Assembly: GCF_018350175.1 (NCBI RefSeq)
Contig: NC_058369.1
Span: 8,372,001-8,436,000, forward strand
Source: Felis catus
Lineage: Eukaryota
Direction of reading: 5' to 3'
Length of the DNA: 64,000 nucleotides
The position numbers and the translations under genes are program-made. Shown piece after piece: positions 1-12,990 of this stretch (position 1 is its first letter; each line of letters opens with the position of its first letter). The notes below the pieces were generated by a model. That model was not told the origin of the DNA. It made no database searches and saw only the letters and a program-made list of their open reading frames with translations.

Positions 1-91
1 CTGTGTCTCCCTCTCTCTCTACCCCTCCCCCACTTGTGCTGTCACTCTCTGTCTCTCAAAAATAAGCAAACATTAAAAAAAAGTTTTTGTT

Positions 92-301
92 GGGGCGCCT
101 GGGTGGCGCAGTCGGTTAAGCGTCCGACTTCAGCCAGGTCACGATCTCGCGGTCCAGGAGTTCGAGCCCCGCGTCGGGCTCTGGGCTGATGGCTCAGAGC
201 CTGGAGCCTGTTTCCGATTCTGTGTCTCCCTCTCTCTCTGCCCCTCGCCTGTTCATGCTCTGTCTCTCTCTGTCCCAAAAATAAATAAATGTTGAAAAAA
301 T
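92..301 (+). mobile_element. Young felid CAN-SINE (SINEC_Fc-like) with TSD
   Basis: GGGGCGCCTGGGTGGCGCAGTCGG tRNA-like head, (CT)n, A-tail; 19-bp TSD TTAAAAAAAAGTTTTTGTT at 73-91 and 302-320. Confidence 0.9.
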
Positions 302-472
302 TTAAAAAAAAGTTTTTGTTTTCTTGTTTTTCTTTTTTAATAGAGAAGAAGAGTATAGACCTGAAGCACCCGGCTGGCTCCATCAGTGGAGCGTGTGGCT
401 CTTGATCTCAGGGTCATGAGTTCCAGCACCATATTGGGCATAGTGTTTACTTTTAAAAATAATAAAATTAAA

Positions 473-3400
473 GGGGCGCCTGGGTGGCTCAGTCGGTTAA
501 GCGGGCGACTTCGGCTCAGGTCATGATCTCGTGGTCCGTGAGTTCGAGCCCCGCGTCGGGCTCTGTGCTGACAGCTCAGAGCCTGGAGACTGTTTCAGAT
601 TCTGTGTCTCCCTCTCTCTGACCCTCCCCCGTTCATGCTCTGTCTCTCTCTGTCTCAAAAATAAATAAACGTTAAAAAAAATTTTTTTTTTAATTAAATG
701 AAAAAAAATAAAAGGTAGGACGTAGACTCTCATAGGTGACAGAAGGCCACAAACATCTCCCATCCCACGTGCACTTCTAGAACCTTGCAACTCCCCCATT
801 CGATTTCATTGGATACGGAGTCTAATTCTCCTCCCCTGGAATTTAGCTTGGGACTGCTGGTCACCCACAGAGTGCAACGCAAGTGACACAGGGTACCACA
901 GCTCCGCCCTGTTTGCTGGAAGGCTCCCTCCAAGGTGCCAGCTGCCTGGAGGCTGAGGAAGCCAAAACAAGCTGATGCCGAGAGACCCCCTAAGATCTGC
1001 ACAATGAGGGGCGCCTGGGTGGCTCAGTCGGTTGAGCATCCGACTTCGGCTCAGGCCGGGATCTCGCAGCTCGTGAGTTCAGATTCTGTGTCTTCCTCTC
1101 TCTGCCCCCTCCCCGCTCATGCTCTGTCTCTCAAAAAGGAATCAACGTTAAAAAAATTTTTTGTTTTAAATAAAAGATCTGCACAACGAGAAGGAAGAAG
1201 TGCCTGGCCAACCCCCGAGTTCTCAGGCTCCAGCCCCGAGCTCTGTACGCCTGCCCAGCTGAGCCCTTCCCCCATTCCTGGCACATGGAAGCCGTGAGAG
1301 AGAATAAAAAGGATTGGGGTTTTTTAGGCACAGAGCTGTGGGGTGATTTCTTAGGCAGCAGCAATAACTGGAACATCCTAAAACAAGTTTTCAGAGGACA
1401 CGGGTCTAATTAACCCGGACAGATCTTTAGAGCATTCCTCTGAACCGAGTCACTGCCACGTGAATGTTTAGAGAAAGTTCTCTCAGGATGCACCCCAAGC
1501 ACATGATGTCCGGAACAGCTGTTAACTCCCAGGACCGGGGACAAGAGAATGGAGTTGGAAGCTTCTCCAAGCTGGTGAGGTTCTGGACACCTGTCCATTA
1601 TAAGAACCATTTCTTTCTTTTCTTTTGTTAATGTTTATTTTTGAGAGAGAGAGAGAGACAGAGCGCACGCAGGGGAGAGGCGGGGGTGGGGGGGTGGGGG
1701 GGTGGGACACAGAATCCGAAGCAGGCCCCAGGCTCTGAGCTGTCAGCCCCGAGCCCGACCCGGGGTTCGAACCCACAGGTCAAGATCATGACCTGAGCCG
1801 AAGTCGGATGCTTAACCGACCGAGCCACCCCGGCGCCCCAAGAACCATGTCTTAATTCCTTACCAATCTTTAACTCAACAGAAGATTTCTAGGTTATGTC
1901 ATGGTCTCGAAGATTTCTACTGCAACCAGGCCATTCATTTTTGGGGGGAACATTAATATTTATGAAGTGGCCAAGGCCCACATGATCATGTTCCTCCCAC
2001 ACCTGACTGCCCCCCTTCTCAAGTGGCCCCAGTGGCCCCCATCAGATCATCTCAGCTGTCATCCCTTTCCCTGAGGCTCCACCATCCGGTCAGTGTCCCA
2101 GCTCGGACCATTCTCCTAAGTAACTTCAATCTACTCACCTTGCCCTTTGTCCACCCCTGGCCCCCACCTCGAGCTGCAGCCACCATCACGGGTGTGATCA
2201 GCTCCTCCCTGATTCCCTGGCTTCCACTCTCTCCCTGCCAGGCTGTCCTTCCCACATGGCCAGAGGCATCTAAACTCTCAACTCCTAGGTGCATGTGAGC
2301 CCCAGATCCTCTGAGCTGGCAACTCTCCAGCCATAAGCACTTTAAACCTCAGCCACCCTGAAATTTTACACCACACGCTCACTGGTGTTTGCCCAAGCGC
2401 CTTCTTCTTCCCATAATGGCTCACCTGGCAAATCTCCTTCCTCTGAGCCTCATCTCAAATGTTGCTTTCCTGCCCCTTCTTGCCTTCCTTGATATCCTGG
2501 GAGAGGAAGCAAATAGGCCCTCCTTAAGAGAATCCTAAAAATCGTTTCTTTCCCAGAGGGCGCGGGTAGCTCAGTCAGTTAAGCATGACCCTTGGTTTCG
2601 GCTCAGGTCATGATCTCACGGTTCGTGGGTTTGACTGTGGGTTCGAGCCCCATGTCTGGCTCCGCACTGGCAGTGCAGCCTCTGTACTTGAGATTCTCTC
2701 TCTCTCCCCCTTGCTGTCTCTGCCCCTTCCCGGCTTATGCGCATGCACTCTCCCCCTCCCTCTCAGAATAAATTTGAAAAAAATTGGTAAAAAATAAAGA
2801 TAAAAAACAGTGATGAAATACTTTATTTATTTATTTATTTTTATTACTTGGCCTAGCAAATTGGCAACGATTTGTTAAATGCTAACACACAGCGTTGGCA
2901 AGGCGGTGGGCAGGCAGGCTGACATCAGTGCGTCGATAACCTGGATATGGCTTTCCGAAAAGCAAGTAGACGAGATGACTCAAAATATTTATACTCCGTT
3001 CTCAGGAATTTCCCTTAAGGAAATCATTAGGGATACAGTCCGTAGAGAACAGGTATCCTTTCCATGGGTTTGGTGGGAATAAAAGTGCTCAACAAGGCAA
3101 CATCAACACCCATTAGGGTTTATCCAGAAGATACTGAATAGCCATTAAACATATTATGAGCATGAGAAAGGGCTTATATATGATACAAGGAGGGGGAAAT
3201 GGGCTATAAACGGTATTGTCCAATAAAATTTGAGTTAGGGGCACCCGGGTGGCTCGGTCAGTTAAGCGTCCGACCCTTGATTTCAGCTCAGGTCACGATC
3301 TCCGGGTCCATAAGATCGAGCCCTGCGTCGGGCTCTGTGCTGACAGTGCAGAGCCTGCTTGGAATTCTGTCTCTCCCTCTTTTTCTGCCCCTCCCTCACT

Positions 3401-6400
3401 CTGTCTCTCAAAATAAATGAATTTGAGAGAGAGAGAGACAGAGTGTGAGTGGGGGAGGGGCAGGGAGCGAGGGAGACACAGAACCCAAAGCAGGCTCCAG
3501 GCTCTGAGCTGTCAGCACAGAGCCTGATGTGGGGTTTGAACTCACTGTGAGATCAGGACCTGAGCTGAAGTCAGATGCTTAATTGACTAAGCCACCCAGG
3601 TGCCCCTAAGCATATTTTTTTAAAGAATTTGAGTTAAGTCTATCGTCTTATTAATTGTATTGTACTAATGTTAATGTCCATAGTCAATAAAGTACTATGG
3701 TTATGTAAGAATATATAAGATTACCTACCATTGGGAAAGACTGGGGGAAAGGTCCATGGGACGTCTCTGTACTGTTTTGCAACTTCTGTGAATCTATCAT
3801 TATTTGAGAATAAGAGTTTTAAAAATTGTCTCATGATGAAACCTGGTTATATGTTGCTGTAACAAACATTCTCACCGTCTAATTGGGATCTATCAACAAA
3901 GGGTGACTTCTTTTCTTTACATACTACAAGGTCATATAATGGTAGTTACCCAGGGACCCAGAAACCTGGAGGCTCTGACTTGACAGGTGCCTCCATAGTC
4001 ACCAAGGCAGGAAAATGAAACTTAGAGCATCTCCCTGAAGGTGACACCTCTGCCTAATGTCTTTGGCTGAATCAAGTCATATGGCCACCTATAGCTTCAC
4101 TCAGGGACGAAAGGAGCAATCGTTTTGGGGCCTAGAAGAACAAGTTTAGTGAACACCACAATGTACATAGGAAACCATCTTGGGGCACCTGGGTGGCTCA
4201 GTTGTTTAAGCGTCCAACTTCAGCTCAGGTCATGATTTCACAGTCCCTGAGGTCGAGCCCCACGTCGGGCTCTGTGCTGACAGCTTGGCCCCTGGAGCCT
4301 GTTTCAGATTCTGTGTCTCCCTCTTTCTCTGCTCCTTCCCCATTCATGCTGTATATCTGTCTCTCAAAAATAAATAAACGTTAAAAAAATTTTTTGAGAA
4401 AAACAAAAGAATCTCGGGTGCCTGGGTGGCTCATTTGGTTGAGTGTCCAACTCTTGGTTTTGGCTCAAGTCATAATCTCACAGTTCGGAGTTCGAGTCCT
4501 GCATCGGGCTCTACTCTGATAAGGCAGAGCCTGCTTGGGATTCTCTCTCCCTCTTTCTCTCTGCCCCTCCCCCACCTGTGCTATCTCTCTCAGGATAAAC
4601 TTTACAAAAATAAGTAAATACAAAATAAAAAATAATCCCATTTCATAAAGATATACATTACACATATATAAAATAGATTACAGGAATAAATAATACACAC
4701 AGTGATGATCCTGAGTTGTTTGAGGACGTCTCCTCTTGGTAATTTCTATGTTTTTTCTATGTTTTCTACTTTCTAAAGTTTTTACATTTAAGCATGTGCT
4801 GTAATCCAAGATCATAATGGAAATAAATAAAATTTAGATCAACCTCAGAGAAATGGTCTAAGTAGGAGACAATGAGGATGAGAATTTGAGGAAGTAACTC
4901 GGTGGTGGTTTTTCTAGCCCCAGGCATTTGTTATTCAGTCTGAGTCTCATTGACATTTTACCCAGTGGGATTCTTGTTTACAAATGACATAAACCTGCCT
5001 GGGTGGTTTCTGAATCAAAAGGACCATGGGGGCTGGATTCCCAGCCGGGCTCTGGAGTCAAAGTCTTGGGTGTGAGAATAGGATTGGCCGATTCCAGGTC
5101 ACATGCTCACGTTCCTGTGCAAGGGATGCTGGGAAAGCTCATAGCTATCCTTTAGAATTTCTTTTTTTTTTTAATTAATTTTTTTTTTAATGTTTATTTA
5201 TTTTTGAGACAGGGAGAGACAGAACATGAACAGGGGAGGGTCAGAGAGAGGGGGAGACACAGAATCTGAAGCAGGCTCCAGGCTCCGAGCTGTCAGCATA
5301 GAACCCGACGCGGGGCTCGAACTCACCAACCACGAGATCACGACCTGAGCCGAAGTCAGATGCTTAACCGACTGAGCCACCCAGGCACCCCAGAGCATGC
5401 GACTCTTGATCTCAGGGTCGTGAGGTTGAGCCCCACATTGGGTGTAAATAAACTTTAAAAATAAAATAAAAAGGTGATCCTGGAGCTGACCTCCGTTTCT
5501 TCTCAACCGTTCTCAGTATGTGACTTTCACCTTCATGCAGGTGAGACAGCGGCTAACACCTCCAGGCACCGCCGTAACATCCAGAGACAGGAGGAGAAGA
5601 AGGCGGAAAAGTCAACAGCCAAAGAAAGCATTTCTCCTTTCAAGGATTGTGTTTTTACGGGAGCAGGCATTTCCACCTGCTTCACTGATTACAACTGGGG
5701 CTCAGGGCAACCAGCAACAGCAAGGGAGTCTGGATCAGCATAGCCTGGGTACATTACAGCCTGAAATGGGATCGGGATTTTATAGAAATAAACAAAGGAA
5801 AGGGATGTAAAATGGCGCAGCTGCTGCAGAAAACCATATGGAGGTTCTTCAAACAATTAAAAATAGAATAACCGGGTGCCTGGCTGGCTCTTGATCTTGG
5901 GGCTGTGAGTTCGAGCCCCGCATGGGATGTAGAGATTACTTAAATAAATAGAAGTTAAAAAAAAATGAGGGGCGCCTGGCTGGCTTAGTCGGTTAAGCCT
6001 CCGACTTCGGCTCCGGTCATGATCTCACCATTTGTGGGTTCGAGCCCCGCAACGGGCTCTCTGCTGTCAGGGCTTGCTTGGAGTCCTCTGTCTCCCGCTC
6101 TCTCTGCCCCTCCCCCCTCTCAAAAATAAACATTAACAAAAAAGAAGAAGGGAAAGAAAAGGCACTGTAGTTGCAGGCAGCTAGAAGTATCCATTGTCCC
6201 TGCAAACAGGTGTGATGTACCCCCCTCACCTCTCCCCCACCTCTGTGACGCAAGACCATGAGTTGCAGTCGGTTCAGCCAAGGAGCACAGAGCTCGGATT
6301 CCAGGCCATCAGGCCCCTGACTGTTGTAACATGCAGAATGGGAAGGGCAGGCACAGGTCTGCGGGGCCCCTGGAGGGCTTCTCCCAGGGGCTTTTAGTCC

Positions 6401-6737
6401 CTGGATTCCCATGGGTTCCTGGCAGCCAGGGTAGGGGCGGCCTGAAAGACAGGGCTGGGAGGCCGAGTTGCCCTTGACTTAGACCCTGAGGCCAAGGCTC
6501 ACCCTGGCTGACGCAAGAAGCTGTAGGAGCCAAGGTCTCATCCGTGGCTTAGAGATTTTCATAATGTGTGGTTTTTTTTTTCTCATTTATTTATTTTCCT
6601 CCCTCCTTTCCTTTCCTCTTTCCTTTCTATTTTTATTTAATTTTTCTTCTCCTTTCTTTCTAATTTTTCATCACGGCAAAATACACATAACATAAAATTC
6701 CCCACCTGAACCATTTTTTTAAAGGTTATTTATTTAT

Positions 6738-6775
<38 letters not shown>

Positions 6776-8610
6776 TGAGCAGGGGAGAGGCAGAGAAAGA
6801 GGGAGAATCTGAAGCAGGCTCTGTGATGCCAGCGCAGAGCCTACGCGGGGCTCGAACTCACGAAACCGTGCCGTCATGATCTGAAATCAAGGGTCGCACA
6901 CTGACTGAGCCACCCAGCGCCCCCCCCCCCCATCTTAACCATCTTAAGTGCACGGTTTGGTGGCCAGTGTTATACAACCATCACCATATCCACCTTCAAA
7001 ACATTCCCAAACTGAAATGCTGTCCTCATTAAACACTGCCTGCTGGTAACCACCATTTTCTTTCTATCTCTATAAATCTGGCTCCTCCAGGGACCTCCTC
7101 TAGATGGAACTGTACAGTATTTGTCTTTCCGTGACTGCTGTTTCACCTTTTCCTGAATCACCTAAGTGGTGCTACATCGATATGACGCATCCTGGTAAGA
7201 CGTCGAGCATCACAGGACACGGCGAAAGACACTTTCCCACCTGCCTCCTCAGATCGGAACCTAGGGGTATGTGCCTCCCAAGGACGTTGGGACCCCGGTG
7301 GCGTCTCAGACTAAATGTAAACAGAATCTGACGGTTATCCCCTCCGTGGCCGGACCGTGGTCCAGCCTGATCATTGCTCATCGCTGCACTTGAGTCTCCT
7401 AGTTCCCGCTCTGTCCCCCCCACAGCAGCCAACAGGTGCCCGGGAGCACCCAAGTCCTGCCCCTCCTCTGCTCAGAACCCTCCGTGGCTCCGACTTTTGG
7501 GGTAAATGCCAGCGTCCTCCCCACTGCCCACAAGGCCTTGCACAACCTGTCCCCATCACCTCTTCTCACTCAAACCCAGCCACACTGGCCTCCCTTCTGG
7601 AATGTTCTAACCTCAGTCCTACCTCAAGTACCTTCTACCTGCTAATCCCTCTGACCACATCGCCCTTCCTTTGGCCAGGTCCTTTTTGTTATCCAGGCCT
7701 TCGCTTAAAAGCCCCCATCCTCAGAGAAGCCTCTTTCCTTTTCCCATCTAGGCTCAGCCCATTGGTCCGAGGGACACTGCTAACATTATCTATCTTGCTC
7801 TAGGTGGTGGTTACCCAGATGAGTACATATGAAATAAATCTCTGAAGGGGTGGGGGGAGGCACCTGGGTGACTCAGTCAGTGGAGGGCTCGACTCCCGGT
7901 TCGGCTCAGGCCGTGATCTCACGGTTTGTGAGTTCAAGTCCCGCATCAGGCTCCGCTCCAACAGCAAGGATTCTCTCTCTCTACCCCTCTCTCTCTCTCA
8001 AAAATAAATAAATAAATAAATAAATGTTCTCTCTCTCTCAAAAATAAATAAAATGAGGGGCACCTGGGTGACTCGGTCGGTGGAGTGTCCGACTTCGGCT
8101 CAGGTCATGATCGCACGGTTTGTGGGTTCAAGCCCTGCGTTGGGCTCTGTGCCGACAGTTCGGAGCCTGGAGCCTGCTTCGGATTCTGTGTCTCCCCCTC
8201 TCTCTGCCCCTCCCCTGCTCATACTCTGCCTCTCTCTGTCTCTCAAAAATAAATAAATGTTAAAAAAAATTTTTTTTAAATAAATGAACTTAAAAAAAAA
8301 ACTAAAGCCACGTTCAACTCTAAAAAAAAAACTATGGAGCTGCACACATAAGGTTTGTGGACCACATTGCATGTATATTTTATCTCCATCCAAAAAAGTC
8401 ATAGGGGCGCCTGGGTGGCTCAGTTGGTTAGGCAGCTGACTTCAGCTCAAGTCATGATCTCGCGGTCTGTGGGTTCGAGCCCCGCACCGGGCTCTGCACT
8501 GGCAGCTCAGAGCCTGGAGCCTGCTTCAGATTCTGTGTCTCCCTCTCTCTCTGCCCCTCCCCTGCTTGCTCTCTGTCTCTTTCTCAAATTAAAAAAAAAA
8601 AAAAATTAAT
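473..8610. mobile_element. Upstream region dense in CAN-SINEs (e.g. 473-680 +, 1625-1839 -, 3238-3420 +, 3420-3605 -, 4182-4390 +, 5180-5391 -, 8057-8270 +, 8403-8600 +) interleaved with old MaLR (MLT1-like) LTR relics (about 730-1380, 3845-4160, 4935-5790)
   Basis: Repeated GGGGCRCCTGGGTGGCTCAG...GGTCATGATCTC...TTCGAGCCCC...(CT)n AAAATAAATAAA units; LTR family calls are from motif recognition only. Confidence 0.75.
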
Positions 8611-9449
8611 TAAAAAAAAAAGAGTCATAAAAATAGACCCCTCCCACACTAGCCACTCTTGTTTCATATTATCCTCTCGTGTTTTGAATCTGGTTATCGC
8701 AAACCATCTCACTGATTTGTTTCATGCTATCTCCTGCCCTGGAACTTCAGCTCCAGGAGAAGGGGGATCTTTGTCTTGTCTCCCTGGGGTTCTCGGCACT
8801 CTAGAACGTTCCTGGGACACAGAAGACACTCAGGAAATTTTTGTTGAATGAGGAATAAAGACAAGGAAACAGAGACCCAGAAAGTGATTTGTCCAAGGTC
8901 GTAGAATTTGGCCCGGCCAGATTTCCCATACCTCTGAAGCTTTTCCAGCGTCTTCCAGATATTTCAAAATTCAGAAAACTCCCCATGTGGGGGCAGGCTG
9001 TAAGCAATGCATTTCACATGGCTGTATTTCATGAAACGTGACAAGGTGCGGACTGTGAATGACCGAACCTTGCATTTCAGGATTCGTGTGGATGACGAAC
9101 TGGTGTGAGTGAAATATAAAATATAACCTAAGAGGCATAATCCCCGCTCATTCCCACTCTCTCTGCCCCCACCTCACCTCTTGCCCAGGCTTCTCTCCCA
9201 CCCTGTCCCATGACCTAATTAATGGATCATCTGCCCAAATTACCACGTTAAGCATGCATCTCTCAACCTCCGTGGCCTCAAATGCTTCTCACTGCCCTGG
9301 AAATAGTTTCCCTCATTTGAAGGGCATGCCAAGGCCTCTCGGGTGTCCATCCTGATCTTCTTTCAGCCTTCCAGGGTTCCACACGTGTGCCCCGCCCTTC
9401 AGCCCACCTCTCCCTGTCCCCACCTCAGTGCCTCTCCTGCCATGCACAG

Positions 9450-10850
9450 TTGGGCAGTTTGAGGTTCAAAGAAAAATCGAGCGGAACGTACAGAGATTTT
9501 CCACATACCTCTGTCCCCCTAGTCACGGCCTCCCCACCATCAACATCCCCACCAGAGTGGTGCATTCGTTACAATGGAGGAACCCGCGCTGACACGTCAT
9601 CATCACCCAGCGTCCATAGTTGACATTACGGTTCACTTTCCGTGTTGTACGATCTCTGAATCTGGACAAAGGTACGACACGTAGCCACCATTACGGTACA
9701 ACATGGAATCATTCCACGGCCCTAAAAAACCTCTGGCCTCCGCTCACTCACCTTGCACCCCCCAACCCCCCCACCCCCAAATCCCTGGCAACCACTCATC
9801 GCTTTACCATGCCCATAGATCTGCCCCTTCCAGAATGTGACACACACAGTTGGAAGTGTGGAATAGCTTGTTAATACGCATTTATGGTTCCTGCAGGTCT
9901 TTTCATGGCTTGAAAGCTCACTTCTTCTTAGTACGGATATTCCACTGGCTGGATGTGTCAAGGTTTATTTATTCATTTACCTGCTGAAGGACATCTTGGT
10001 TGCTCCCAGGTTTGGGCTGTTATGAATAAAGCTGCTATAAACATCCGCCTGCAGGGTTTTTAAAAAAAATTTTTTTTAACGTTTATTTATTTTTGAGACA
10101 GAGAGAGAGCTTGAGCGGGGAAGGGCAGAGAGAAAGACAGACAGAATCCAAAGCAAGCCCCGGGCTCCGAGCTGTCAGCACAGAGCCCGACGCGGGGCTC
10201 GAACTCATGAACCGTGACATCATGACCGGAGCCAAAGTTGGATGCCTAACAGACCGAGCCACCCAGGTGCTCCCTTTTGTTCATTTGTTAATCGGGTCGT
10301 TTTGTTGTTGAGTTGTAGGGGGTCTTTACGTATTTTGGATGCTAAACCCTTGTCAGATGCAGGATGTGCAAAATATTTGCTCCCATTCCTTAGGTTGTCT
10401 TTTCATTCTCTTGAGCGTGTCCTCCGATGCGCGGTAGTTTTTGATTTTTCTGAGATCTTTTCTAAAGATTTTTCTTTTACTGCCTGCGCTTTTGGTGTCG
10501 CGTGCAAGAGATCAGTGCCAAGTCTACTGGCATGAAAGTTTACTTCTATTTTTTCTTCTAATAGTTTTATAGCTTTAGCTCTTCCTTTTACACCTTTGCT
10601 CCAGTTTGAGTTCATGGTTGTACGTGGTGAAAGTAAGAAGTGTCCAACTTTATCACTGTGCACATGGCTATCCAGTTTTCCCAACACCATTTGTTCAAAA
10701 CACTGCCCTTACCTTATTGAATGGTCTTGGCATCCTTACGAAAAATCATTTGACCGGACCTGCGTGGTTTATTTTGGGCTCTGTATCCTAGTCCATTGGT
10801 CTATGTCCGTCTTTATGCCAACACTACACTGGTTTTGTTGTTGTTGTCGT
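9450..10850 (-). mobile_element. Old L1 (L1M-type) 3' end and ORF2 fragment, interrupted by a SINE at about 10070-10275
   Basis: Antisense L1 motifs (ggacatcttggttgc, atgaataaagctgctataaacat, ccagttttcccaacaccattt); ORF 10403-10690 resembles degenerate L1 ORF2 C-terminal sequence. Confidence 0.75.
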
Positions 10851-12661
10851 TTTTTGTCTTAAGTTTCTTTCTTTATTTTGAGATAGCACGGGCAGGGGAG
10901 GGGCAAAGAGAAAGGGAGAGAGAATCCCAAACAGGCTCCGCACCGTCAGCTCGGAGCCTGATGCGGGGCTCAAACTCATGAACCGTGAGATCGTGACCTG
11001 AGCCGGGATCAGGAGTCAGACTTTTAACCAGCTTGAGCCACCCAGGCACCCCAATACCACACTATTTTGATTACCGTGGCCTGAAGGGAAAGGAAGGGAA
11101 CAAGAAGGAAAAGTGATGTAGTTGTAACAGAAAAAAACCCAAATCCATATATGGTGCTTATTTTCTGCCAAGCGTGGTTCTAATCAATCGCTTTATACAT
11201 CTATGTATTATTAATTTACTTAATTGTCAAAACAACCCTATGAGCTAGTCCTGAATGGAGGCTGCTGTAAGTGGAAGCAGAGAAATTAAACAGCATGACT
11301 CCATTCTTAAGGCAATATATGACCATGGCCATGTGTGTGGCAGGGACAGAGTGGCCTTGCGATTTCCACGGGGAAGGTCAAAGAGAGACCTTGTCCAGGC
11401 CTAGGCACCCCCGAAATGTTCTTTACAGAGCTTTTATGGCCCTTTTCCAGGCCTGCCCTTACATCTATGTAGAATTAGCTTTGAAGACATTAAGCCAAGT
11501 CCCTTCCCAGAAGAGAGCTCCTTCCTGGTAAATTTTTTCAGCCCTGAGGGGGAGAAAGGGCCTCCAACCACCAGATGAATAAGAGAAAGCTGGGCTCAAA
11601 ACCAGAAACTGGGCTTGTTAGGTGTTGTAACTGTTTTGAAGGGAAAGAAAACAGTTTTATTTATTTGACAAAAAAAAAAAAAAAAAAAAAGTAGCATGTG
11701 GTCTTAGGAACGGAATTTGATGATGACATTCATAAATGTGGCAAAAACTCCCAGAACCTGCCCATCCTTACAAATTTTCCCAGGTGATTGCTAATTATCT
11801 CAATTGACACTCCCCCCCCCCACCCCCCCACCCCCCATGGAACCTGCCATGTAAGGGAAGCAAGTATGATTTCCTCTCCTTTCCTCGTTGGAAAAGCTAA
11901 TTTATTCACCCAGGGTCTGATTCCCAAGCTGGAGCTCCAAACTGCTCTTTCTTACTCTGGATTAATCGCGCGTTTCCTTCTGAGGTTTCAACCGTCCCCT
12001 TTCTGCCTCCTCTCATGGGTTTCCCCATAAGCCTGCTGAGAGGTTAGTTCACCCTCCCAGGATCAATGTGTAAAACCCCAGAGAATTCTGCTCATTCCTG
12101 GAGGACCCTTCCAAGACTGCCAGACCCTTAATGGGGTTCAGGCAAGATTTCACATGTGCCTTTTTGGCAAGGGGCTGCTGGCATCTCACCCAAAAGAGAC
12201 TCGATTCTTAAAAGCAGCTCTCCATCAGCCCTCTGTGATTAAGGCAATCAGGTTCAACTCTGCAAGCTGTTTTGTTTTGATTTTGCTTCGGGGAGAGGAA
12301 GCAGCCTGGTTGTTCGAGTCCTTCTCCTAAAAGAATAAATCAATATTTATGTCCAGACCCCGACTGGATTAATGATTTTAGAGATGTTTTTGCTCATATT
12401 GATCCAAACGCTGGATTCACTGGATCAGTTGGGGGCTGTACTTTTGTGAAGATTTTATTTCAATTCCTCACTGATGAGTATTTTGAAGAAAACTCGGTTA
12501 ACATCTCTATACGATTCCTAGAAAGGCAAAGGCAAGTAGGGAAAGGCGACGGTAAAGTTTCCGATACGTCCCGTTTTCCCTTTGGAGGCACAGGGGGCCA
12601 TGGTCATTAGCCTATTAGATGATTCGGGAGCGAGGTTTGGAAAAGACTGGAATCCGACTCA

Positions 12662-12820
12662 GGGCTTCACGGGTTAACAGCCCTTGTAACATCGGCCGTT
12701 CGAAACTCCTCCTCTCGAAACTCCTCCTCCCGCAGTGAGGTGAAGATATTCGAAAATCACCCCACTGCAAACTCCTCCCCCTGCGAGGAAACTCACATTG
12801 AAATGCTGCAAATGACTGGG
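12662..12820 (+). promoter_or_regulatory. LDLR: LDLR proximal promoter (repeat 1 duplicated, repeat 2/SRE-1, repeat 3, TATA-like region)
   Basis: Contains AAAATCACCCCACTGC (12753-12768) and AAACTCCTCCCCCTGC (12769-12784), the known LDLR repeats 2 and 3. Repeat-1 core AAACTCCTCCTC at 12703 and 12718; TTGAAATGCTGCAAAT at about 12798-12813; 100-260 bp upstream of the ATG. Confidence 0.95.
12756..12765 (+). promoter_or_regulatory. Sterol regulatory element SRE-1 (SREBP site)
   Basis: Exact ATCACCCCAC, adjacent to Sp1 repeat 3 as in the canonical LDLR promoter. Confidence 0.97.
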
Positions 12821-12923
12821 GCCCCGCAGGCAGTCGCCGCCGGGCCGCGCCAAACCCGGGTTTCCTGCGCGGACTTTGCGGACTCAGACTCGGGCCGGTG
12901 TTTTACGGGAGGAGGCTGGGAGC

Positions 12924-12990
12924 ATGAGGGCCGCGGGCTGGGGGCTGAACTGGGCCGCCGCCCTGTTCCTCGCAGCGGTGGGGACGGCAG
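12924..12990 (+). CDS. LDLR: LDL receptor exon 1 (signal peptide)
   Basis: ATG then MRAAGWGLNWAAALFLAAVGTA; 67 nt; donor G|gtaagg. Confidence 0.95.

Noticed and set aside
92..170. tRNA-like A/B boxes at SINE heads as tRNA genes
   Set aside because: These are SINE internal Pol III promoters followed by (CT)n and A-tails, with no intact cloverleaf.
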